The position numbers and the translations under genes were made by a program. A stretch of 64,000 nt of DNA from an uncultured Poribacteria bacterium (GTDB lineage: Bacteria > Poribacteria > WGA-4E > WGA-3G). Location of the stretch: positions 4,800,001 to 4,864,000 of the forward strand of contig CATQHZ020000001.1 of the NCBI GenBank assembly GCA_958296135.2, in the 5' to 3' direction. The notes under the pieces were generated by a model. That model was not told the DNA's origin and did not search any database. It saw nothing but the letters and a program-made list of their open reading frames with translations. Positions 56,778 to 64,000 of the stretch are shown here, in pieces (the stretch's first letter is position 1; each line of letters starts with the position of its first letter).

Positions 56778-57641
56778 ATGATGAACAATTTAGCAACAGC
56801 CGAACTCGGGGCACCGACAATTCCGTATCCGCCTGAGCTCTACCGTTTTGACACGGCGGCAGAAGGCATCACCGGCGGCTTTTCAGCGGTAACCGACGCA
56901 GATATTGAATACTTTCATCGGCACGGATACCTTGTCATCCACGAGGCGTTTAGTGACGCAGAAATTCAGGACGCGGTGGCGGGGATGGTTCACCTCATGG
57001 ATGGAGGGAACCCCGATTTCCGGGCAATCCAATTTGAACCGTCCCTCGTCAAGCGCAAGAATGAGATGGGACCAGACGAACGCCGCGATGCCATCCGGAA
57101 GATATTCCGGTTTGTCGACTACGAACAGCGGCTGAACGCGGTGGCGGAACATGCCGGGTTACTCGACGTGCTCAAACGGATGATGGGCGAGGCACCGGCA
57201 CTCTTTCAGGATATGGCATTGGTGAAGCCGCCGCTCTTCGGCTCGGAAAAGCCGTGGCATCAAGATTGCGCCTATTTCAATCTGCCGCGGGGGACAACGG
57301 TCGTCGGTGTATGGATCGCGCTGGACGAGGCCACGCCGGAAAATGGGTGCATGCACATCATCCCCGGTTCGCATAGCGAGGGCCCGATGATCCACTTCAA
57401 GCGGCGCGACTGGCAGATTTGCGACACGCATGTCCCCGTCGCCCGCGATACCATGGTGCCACTCAAACCGGGGGGATGTCTCTTCTGGCACGGGTTGCTC
57501 CATCACGGCAGTCCTGCGAACCAGTCTGCGCAGCGGCGGCGCGCGCTCCAGTTTCACTACAAACCCACAAGTTCCGCCGAAATCACGACACAGGAACGGA
57601 TGGCAGTTTACGGGAGTGAGGGGAAAGAGGTGGACTGCTGA
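56778..57641 (+). CDS. Phytanoyl-CoA dioxygenase (PhyH) family Fe(II)/2OG enzyme
   Basis: PWHQD, VWIALD..TPENGC..IPGSH, LHHGS, RRA. Confidence 0.93.
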   Translation: MMNNLATAELGAPTIPYPPELYRFDTAAEGITGGFSAVTDADIEYFHRHGYLVIHEAFSDAEIQDAVAGMVHLMDGGNPDFRAIQFEPSLVKRKNEMGPDERRDAIRKIFRFVDYEQRLNAVAEHAGLLDVLKRMMGEAPALFQDMALVKPPLFGSEKPWHQDCAYFNLPRGTTVVGVWIALDEATPENGCMHIIPGSHSEGPMIHFKRRDWQICDTHVPVARDTMVPLKPGGCLFWHGLLHHGSPANQSAQRRRALQFHYKPTSSAEITTQERMAVYGSEGKEVDC

Positions 57642-57669
57642 GGAATTGACTAGAAAAAGGAGGCAGAAA

Positions 57670-58713
57670 ATGAATAACCTAAACGTTGGAATTATTGGCC
57701 TCGGCTGGGTAGCCGGGGCGCATATTGAGGCGTTCAAGGCAGTCAACGGCGCGAACGTCACCGCCATTTGCTCGCGGCGCGAGCACGATGAGACCGAACT
57801 TGCCGCGACATACGGCACGCCGCTCAAGGCAGTCACTGATTACGAAGAGATGCTCGCAGACCCGAGCATCCACATCGTTGATATTTGCACGCCGCACCCG
57901 TTTCATGCAGCGCAAGCCATTGCTGCAGCGGAAGCCGGGAAGCATCTCATCATCGAGAAACCGATCTGCCTCACCTACGACGATGCCAAAGCGATTCGCG
58001 ACGCGGTGAAAGCGGCCGGCGTGCATGTCTGCGTCTGTTTCGAGTGTCGCTACAGCGCGCATTTCACGATGATCCGCTCCGTGATTGACAACGGTTTGCT
58101 CGGCGAACTCCATTACGCCGAAGTTGACTATTACCACGGCATCGGCCCTTGGTACGGGCAATATGAGTGGAACATCAAAAAAGATTTCGGCGGTAGCACA
58201 CTGCTCACGGCGGGATGCCACGCGCTTGACGCACTGCTCTTCTTCATGGATGGCAACGTGCAGGAAGTCACGAGTTATCACACCCAATCTACCGGGCGTG
58301 ATTTCCAACCCTACGAGTATAAGACGACGAGCGTCAGTCTGCTCAAGTTTGAAGAAGGCGGGAAGATCGGGAAGGTTACCTCATGCGTTGACTGCCTGCA
58401 GCCCTATTACTTCCACATCCATCTCGTCGGAAGCGAAGGAAGCCTGCTGGACAATCGCATCTATTCGGCGAAGCTGAAAGGCATGGACAAGAGCCGATGG
58501 AGCACGCTTGAGACTTCGCTGATCGACTCGGGTGACGTGACAGACCATCCGTATGAACCGCAGTTCCAAGCGTTCATCGACAGCATCGGACAGGACAAAC
58601 CGATGCCGCTGACAGATTTTGACACCGCTTTTGAATCGCACCGCGTCGTTTTCGCGGCGGATGCTTCGGCGGAAGCGGGTGGGAAATCGGTGAAGTTGTC
58701 GGAATTCGCGTAA
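57670..58713 (+). CDS. Gfo/Idh/MocA family oxidoreductase
   Basis: [21 protein letters not shown]; AAGGAGG SD. Confidence 0.92.
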   Translation: MNNLNVGIIGLGWVAGAHIEAFKAVNGANVTAICSRREHDETELAATYGTPLKAVTDYEEMLADPSIHIVDICTPHPFHAAQAIAAAEAGKHLIIEKPICLTYDDAKAIRDAVKAAGVHVCVCFECRYSAHFTMIRSVIDNGLLGELHYAEVDYYHGIGPWYGQYEWNIKKDFGGSTLLTAGCHALDALLFFMDGNVQEVTSYHTQSTGRDFQPYEYKTTSVSLLKFEEGGKIGKVTSCVDCLQPYYFHIHLVGSEGSLLDNRIYSAKLKGMDKSRWSTLETSLIDSGDVTDHPYEPQFQAFIDSIGQDKPMPLTDFDTAFESHRVVFAADASAEAGGKSVKLSEFA

Positions 58714-58766
58714 ACACAGGCGGATAGAAAAATCCACCCTTTACAGGTTCATCCGGCTACAAATCA

Positions 58767-59345
58767 TCACCATTTCATGGCAGCCTCGCGATAGAGCTGG
58801 ATTTGCTCCATATTGCGAGGCACGGCGACAGGGATGGACTTGCGCTTCCGATTTGCGTCCTTGAGCACAATCGGCGCGCGCAGCATGTTCGTCATCGTAA
58901 CAATGCCGGAGTGATAGAAAACCCACATCCGCTGTTCGGTGTAAGGGTTAAGCACATACTCCGCGTTGTATGCGTCTGAAAACAAATCGTATGTTGGATA
59001 GGCGAGTTCGACGCTTCTGTCATGTCCTTGCAAAAAGAGTTTTTCTGGCGGCGGCTGCGGCGAGTAGCCGCTCAGTTTACACGCCCGAAATCGGATCGGC
59101 GCGCCCGATTTGTTCATCAAATGCAACGAGACAACGATGGCGAGACGATTCCTGCCTTGCTCGCTGTCGTCACGGTTGATGAACCATGTATCTTCCGGGA
59201 TAACCTCCACGGTCAGCCCCGGAATTTGTCGTCTCTTATGGTAGACAACCGCCAACGCAATCAGACTGGCGAGCGCGAGGAGCACCCACTGTCCGGTCGG
59301 CGTGGATAGGAATTGGAGTAATTGCTTTAACGCTTGTTGTAGCAC
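58767..59345 (-). CDS. Hypothetical membrane-anchored protein
   Basis: 192-aa ORF with N-terminal TM, downstream of tsaC on the same strand. Confidence 0.65.
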   Translation of the reverse strand: MLQQALKQLLQFLSTPTGQWVLLALASLIALAVVYHKRRQIPGLTVEVIPEDTWFINRDDSEQGRNRLAIVVSLHLMNKSGAPIRFRACKLSGYSPQPPPEKLFLQGHDRSVELAYPTYDLFSDAYNAEYVLNPYTEQRMWVFYHSGIVTMTNMLRAPIVLKDANRKRKSIPVAVPRNMEQIQLYREAAMKW

Positions 59346-59415
59346 ACAAGTCCCTTCTTTGATTAACGTAGGGCGAGGGAAAACCTGTCCCTCGCCTTGT
59401 TGCCGTTCGCCGGCC

Positions 59416-60027
59416 CTACCGATTGTAAGACGCGAGTTCCTTAGCGAGGGTTTCTGCGGAAATCACGCCAAGGCGGCGGATTTGCGGCGGTGAGACAGAA
59501 ATATCGTAGACGGTGGATGGCACGGGGCCCGGTGTCTTGCCCCCATCAACTACCATATCCATTTGCGATGTCAGTGCAGCACCGACTCCTTGCACAGAAG
59601 TCGCCGGCGGCTCCCCAGAGAGATTCGCGCTCGTTATCGCCATCGGCCCACCAAACTGCCGGAGGATTTGCAAAAGAAGCGGATGGTTCGGGATACGCAG
59701 CCCGACAGTGCCGCCGCCAGCAGTCAATACTGGCAGCAGGTTTTTCGCCTCAACGACGAGAGTCAGCCCGCCGGGCCAAAACTTCTCGGTGAGGTGAAAG
59801 AAGAACCCCGGCAAATTTTGCGCAACCTGATGCACATCGTCTACCGTGCCGAGAACGAGCGGAATCGGTTTCCCTGCCGGGCGTCCCTTCAATGTGTAGA
59901 GTTTTTGCACGGCCGCGGCATTAAAGGCATCTGCACCTAAGCCGTATACGGTATCGGTAGGAACAGCGACAATGCCGCCGGCTGCAAGGCAACCTGCGGC
60001 GGCTTTAATGCGTTCATGAGAATCCAC
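59416..60027 (-). CDS. tsaC: L-threonylcarbamoyladenylate synthase (TsaC/Sua5/YrdC)
   Basis: PTDTVYGL, KGRP, WPGGLT, TSANLSG, PSTV; AAGGAG SD before GTG. Confidence 0.92.
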   Translation of the reverse strand: MDSHERIKAAAGCLAAGGIVAVPTDTVYGLGADAFNAAAVQKLYTLKGRPAGKPIPLVLGTVDDVHQVAQNLPGFFFHLTEKFWPGGLTLVVEAKNLLPVLTAGGGTVGLRIPNHPLLLQILRQFGGPMAITSANLSGEPPATSVQGVGAALTSQMDMVVDGGKTPGPVPSTVYDISVSPPQIRRLGVISAETLAKELASYNR

Positions 60028-60040
60028 AGCACTATCTCCT

Positions 60041-61090
60041 TCAAACGTCCACGATCGCCCCGGTTGCAGCGGCGTTGAGTGCCAACCCATCGCGCAGGCC
60101 CCGATGATATTTCTCGTAAGCAATCCCGGCAATCATCGCGCCGTTATCCGTGCAGAGGCGAATCGGCGGATAGTAGACGTTCGCGCCAATCTCAGCAGCC
60201 GCGGTTTTCAGCGACGCGCGGAGCTGGCTATTCGCGGCGACACCGCCAGTCAACGTGATTGTCTTCGCGCCCGTGGCCTTCGCAGCGCGAACTGTTTTGT
60301 AGACGAGCACGTCTACCACGGCAGCCTGAAAACTGGCGGCGATGTCTTCAAGGCGTATCCTATCGGGCCCAGAAGCACTGCCTACTGGGGGGAGCTGAAG
60401 TGTTCCAGCGCGCTGTGCCTTCTCTACAAAATAGCGAACCGAGGTTTTAATCCCACTGAAACTAAACTGATAATCGCCGCTGTTGCGCATCGGCCGCGGG
60501 AAGGCTATCGCGGTAGGGTTGCCTTTCTGCGCGAGTTCATCGATAATTCTGCCACCGGGAAAACCAAGCCCAAGATACTTCGCAATTTTATCGTAGACTT
60601 CTCCGGCCGCATCGTCTTGGGTGCCGCCCAGAACCTTGTATCTCCACCCTTCGTGAACCTCAACGAGCAGCGTATGTCCACCAGAAACGGTGAGGCAGAT
60701 GTGCGGAAACGTCAGCGCATCGTGCACCATGGAGTTCGCGTAGATATGTCCCTCAATGTGATTAATGCCGAGCAGTGGGAGGTTGTGCGCGTAGGCGAGG
60801 CTTTTCGCCGCCGCCACGCCTACAAGCAGCGCGCCGATGAGCCCAGGACGATTTGTCACCGCCACTGCATCCACGTCGCGAAACGTGACAGCCGCTTCCG
60901 TGAGTGCCTTATCAACAATGTAGTTAATCGCTTCGATGTGTTTGCGCGATGCGAGTTCCGGGACAACCCCGCCGTATTCTTCATGCGCTTTTACCTGCGA
61001 AGCGATTACGTTGGACAGCACGTCACGCCCATCGGCTACAACCGCAACCGCTGTCTCATCACATGAAGTGTCAATACCAAGGATTTTCAT
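60041..61090 (-). CDS. tsaD: tRNA N6-threonylcarbamoyltransferase TsaD
   Basis: DTSCDET, GGVVPELASRKH, HIEGH, VSGGHT, GGVAAN, CTDNGAMIA. Confidence 0.97.
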   Translation of the reverse strand: MKILGIDTSCDETAVAVVADGRDVLSNVIASQVKAHEEYGGVVPELASRKHIEAINYIVDKALTEAAVTFRDVDAVAVTNRPGLIGALLVGVAAAKSLAYAHNLPLLGINHIEGHIYANSMVHDALTFPHICLTVSGGHTLLVEVHEGWRYKVLGGTQDDAAGEVYDKIAKYLGLGFPGGRIIDELAQKGNPTAIAFPRPMRNSGDYQFSFSGIKTSVRYFVEKAQRAGTLQLPPVGSASGPDRIRLEDIAASFQAAVVDVLVYKTVRAAKATGAKTITLTGGVAANSQLRASLKTAAAEIGANVYYPPIRLCTDNGAMIAGIAYEKYHRGLRDGLALNAAATGAIVDV

Positions 61091-61169
61091 TTTTTGTTCT
61101 GCCTAGCGGTGGTTCAACTGCCCCTGGTCAAAGACGCTAGACTTAGCAGGCCGCAGTGACGTTGTCAAT

Positions 61170-61300
61170 TTAACTGGGTATCGGTTCTGGTACGTGTTCA
61201 TCCTCATAATTTTTGATGAACGTGCCAACCAGTTCCATCAACGGTGCTAACGTATGCCTCGCGTCTTCACCGAAAAGGAGCGAAAACGCTTCTCTTTCAT
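61170..61300 (-). pseudogene. Fragment resembling the N-terminal region of a HigA-type antitoxin
   Basis: Minus frame GEDARHTLAPLMELVGTFIKNYEDEHVPE with no HTH following; the upstream ATG is out of frame. Confidence 0.35.
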
Positions 61301-61361
61301 CAAAACTCTTTTTGTAAAGGGTGGATATAAACGATATCCACCCTTGTCTTAGAACTTACCT

Positions 61362-62972
61362 TCATCGCGGTTCGCGACGGAGCCCCATCCAGACGCAAAC
61401 ACACATCCCAAGGAGCACCAACGCGAAGGGCAGCCCTGTCGAGAGTGAGGCGGCTTGCAAGGCTGTCAAACCACCACCGACTAGCAGCACGATTGCGACG
61501 AGTCCTTCGGCCCACGCCCAGAATACCCGTTGCGCGACAGGTGCATCTACCTTACCGCCGGAGGCGATAGTGTCAATGATGAGCGAGCCGGAATCCGACG
61601 AAGTGACAAAAAAGACGATTGTTAGAATCATCCCCGCGCAGGAGAGCAGCATCGTCAACGGCAGTGCGTCAAACATTTTGAACAATACGAGCTCCGGTTT
61701 GTACGCTTCAACCGTCTCGGTTACGCCGGTGTAGCCCTCGGTTAGGAATTGGTGGATGGAGGTGCCACCGAAGACACTAAACCACAGCAAACAGAGTAGC
61801 GTCGGGAGGATGAGCACAAAGAACATAAACTCTCGCACGGTGCGCCCCTTTGAAATGCGGGCGATGAACGAACCGACGAACGGTGCCCAGGCAATCCACC
61901 AGGCCCAGTAGAACGTCGTCCATCCGTGCATGAACGCCTTATCTTCCCGGCCGATCCAATTACTGAGTGGCCCAGTCTTCATGACATATTCCCCGAGTCC
62001 TCCAAGCATACTCTGGAAGATGTACCGCGTTGGGCCGAGGATGAACACGGCAGCCAGCAACAGAAACGCGAGGATGATGTTGAACTGACTCAGCCGCTTA
62101 ATGCCGACGTTAATCCCGGACAACACAGAAATCATCGCTATCGTCGTAATCACGAGAATCAAGATCACCATTGTCCAGATATTCTGGGGCACGTCAAAGA
62201 GATAATTGAGCCCAGCTGTCACTTGCTGCGCCCCGAATCCGAGCGATGTTGCGAGCCCGAAGAGCCCGGCAAAGATTGCAAACGTATCAATAATGTGTCC
62301 CGGCCAGCCCCAAATCCGCTCTCCGAAGATAGGATAGAATACCGAGCGGATAGTCAGAGGTAACCCTTTATTATAGGCGAAGAACGCGAGGCCGAGGCCG
62401 ACAATAGCGTAGACTGCCCACCCGTGCAAGCCCCAATGATAAGTGGTTGTCGCTATCGCCAAGGAGGCTACCTTCTGCGTGTCGGCGGACTCCATGTCGG
62501 GCGTATTCTCCGTGGTATAGACAGTAGCTGTGTCATAAATTTTCTCTACGCCGAGCGGGGGACTCTGAAAGTAGGTAACCGGCTCAAGCACCCCAAAAAA
62601 GAGGAGCCCGATGCCGACACCCGCGGCGAAGAGCATCGCCAACCAGGTCAGATAGGAATATTCAGGCTTCGCTTCTTTCCCACCGAGGCGCACCTTGCCG
62701 AGTGGGGAAAATGCCAGTGCCAGACAAAATAGCACGACAAGATTGACGCTGAGCATGAAAAACCAGTCAAGGTTCGTCGTGAGCCATGAACGCGTACTCT
62801 TAAAGAGCTCCGTGGCGTGTTCCTGAAAAATAAGCGAACCGACAACAAAAACCACGATGGCAATACTAGAAATCACGAATACCGGTGTCAGCAGAATGTT
62901 TAGACCGAAGAGTTTCCGGTACTGCTGTTCGTCCGGTAAGCGCGGCTGTTCTCCTTCTCCGTGCTTATGCAT
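61362..62972 (-). CDS. BCCT family (betaine/choline/carnitine) transporter
   Basis: WLAMLFAAGVGIG, HWGLHGWAVY, WTTFYWAWWIAWAPFVGSFIARISKGRT, FFVTSSDSG. Confidence 0.96.
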   Translation of the reverse strand: MHKHGEGEQPRLPDEQQYRKLFGLNILLTPVFVISSIAIVVFVVGSLIFQEHATELFKSTRSWLTTNLDWFFMLSVNLVVLFCLALAFSPLGKVRLGGKEAKPEYSYLTWLAMLFAAGVGIGLLFFGVLEPVTYFQSPPLGVEKIYDTATVYTTENTPDMESADTQKVASLAIATTTYHWGLHGWAVYAIVGLGLAFFAYNKGLPLTIRSVFYPIFGERIWGWPGHIIDTFAIFAGLFGLATSLGFGAQQVTAGLNYLFDVPQNIWTMVILILVITTIAMISVLSGINVGIKRLSQFNIILAFLLLAAVFILGPTRYIFQSMLGGLGEYVMKTGPLSNWIGREDKAFMHGWTTFYWAWWIAWAPFVGSFIARISKGRTVREFMFFVLILPTLLCLLWFSVFGGTSIHQFLTEGYTGVTETVEAYKPELVLFKMFDALPLTMLLSCAGMILTIVFFVTSSDSGSLIIDTIASGGKVDAPVAQRVFWAWAEGLVAIVLLVGGGLTALQAASLSTGLPFALVLLGMCVCVWMGLRREPR

Positions 62973-63184
62973 AATTTTCTCCCTGATTTTTCCGTATCGC
63001 CGCGAAGCAAGTGCGGGAACCCCACTGCAGCGTAGCGCGGGGGATTTCTTTCGTCCTTTGGCCCCCGTGCTCGCCGGGGCAGGGCGAGGGACAAGCGTTT
63101 CGGCGTGATGCCCCTCGCCCTACGCGACTCAGCGACGGCAGCGTAAATTACCCGATTTCATTCTTCGGACGATACAGAGAAATG

Positions 63185-64000
63185 CTAGAAATAATAGCCA
63201 AAGTTCAAATTAAGACGCGTATTCCACGTATCATTTCCGTTGGCACCCAGGTCACCTACCCCAAGGAGGCTACCGTAGTCATCGCCATCGTTACCGACGA
63301 AACCGTTGCCGTTGGAAACCCCGACATCGCTATAAACATAGAGATTCCCGAAGAGCGTCCAACTTGCGCCGACAACCAACAAATGGCTGGGATTGTAGTC
63401 GGCTACCGTTTTCAGGACAGTGCTGAATTCAACATACGGCGTAACACTGTCAATCCATGAGACACCCGATGCATCGATGCCACCATAGCGCAGCGAGAGC
63501 GCGGGAATGAGTCCCTCCGAGGCGATGGGCCACGCGAAATCAAAGGCACCCATCGGAATCAAGTCTCCTGTGCCCCAAGGCGTTTCATCCGCGATGTTAT
63601 ACGCGTAATAGGAGAATTGTGAAAAGAGGGTGAAGTCCGAGAACGCGTTTTTCATGTGCGCGGAGACAGCATAGTGGTTCGCGCCATCGTCATCCACGTC
63701 GGTTCCTTTCAGCAACCCGTATTGCAGTGACGCGCCGATGTCCGCAACATCCCCCACGCTATAAATCGCGCGCAAGTTCACTTGATGTTGCTCATCAAAT
63801 CCGTTTTCACCGGCTCCCCACGCCACGACACCTTTGGCATCAGCGTGTTCTTCCCATCTGACGATGTCGTAGGTGTAGCGCGAACTCGCGACGCTGTCAC
63901 CATCCGTTTGGAATTCGCTTTGCAAGTAGTAGGCAACGTCAAGTTGCAACTTGTCAAAAGTGCTATTCCATCTTACCCCGAGGTCCATGTCATCGGCGAG
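63185..64000 (-). CDS. Outer-membrane beta-barrel/porin-like protein (5' end outside window)
   Basis: Alternating amphipathic strands, C-terminal RLNLNFGYYF with terminal Phe; upstream of BCCT. Confidence 0.7.
   Translation of the reverse strand, partial: LADDMDLGVRWNSTFDKLQLDVAYYLQSEFQTDGDSVASSRYTYDIVRWEEHADAKGVVAWGAGENGFDEQHQVNLRAIYSVGDVADIGASLQYGLLKGTDVDDDGANHYAVSAHMKNAFSDFTLFSQFSYYAYNIADETPWGTGDLIPMGAFDFAWPIASEGLIPALSLRYGGIDASGVSWIDSVTPYVEFSTVLKTVADYNPSHLLVVGASWTLFGNLYVYSDVGVSNGNGFVGNDGDDYGSLLGVGDLGANGNDTWNTRLNLNFGYYF

Noticed and set aside
57636-57653. PhyH ending in Cys-TGA-Gly (CUG-like selenoprotein tail)
   Set aside because: The domain is complete before the TGA, read-through would add only a few residues, and there is no family expectation of Cys at that site.
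242-63460. Numerous long antisense or alternate-frame ORFs in the track (e.g. 18955-19899, 39259-40212, 60104-61066, 242-559, 55281-55637)
   Set aside because: They are shadows of well-supported genes or translations of REP arrays in GC-rich DNA, with no recognisable motifs or RBS.

Overview
This is a GC-rich bacterial chromosome segment, most likely Candidatus Poribacteria. That assignment is an inference from the C-terminal VEPQGKLATRWADIK motif and the TPR, FG-GAP, FGE-sulfatase and PhyH gene content. The core content is a minus-strand dcw cluster (rsmH-ftsL-ftsI-murE-hydrolase-murF-ddl-mraY-murD-ftsW-murG-murC-ftsQ-ftsA-[insert]-ftsZ), RNase P RNA, a class II ribonucleotide reductase, moaB-moeA, truA, tsaD-tsaC and a BCCT transporter. 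The notable observations are: (1) a small-protein family (W-x-x-W/AW..RR..GE/APF.EP.P) at three loci, found both as the C-terminus of membrane proteins with an internal Shine-Dalgarno+ATG and as free-standing tandem copies, which looks like a gene-within-gene toxin/antidote system with antidote arrays; (2) a rhodanese whose catalytic Cys codon is an in-frame UGA (probable selenoprotein); (3) GTAG-type palindromic repeats that carry variable nested cargo, are translated in frame inside several proteins and sit within the RNase P RNA; (4) an IS607 element with a Fanzor-like TnpB; (5) a shuffled cassette array of TPR lipoproteins with constant signal peptides; (6) an S8 protease followed by a stand-alone copy of its propeptide; (7) a sigma54-type promoter directly ahead of the dcw cluster. 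All calls come from reading the sequence by eye; no searches were run.
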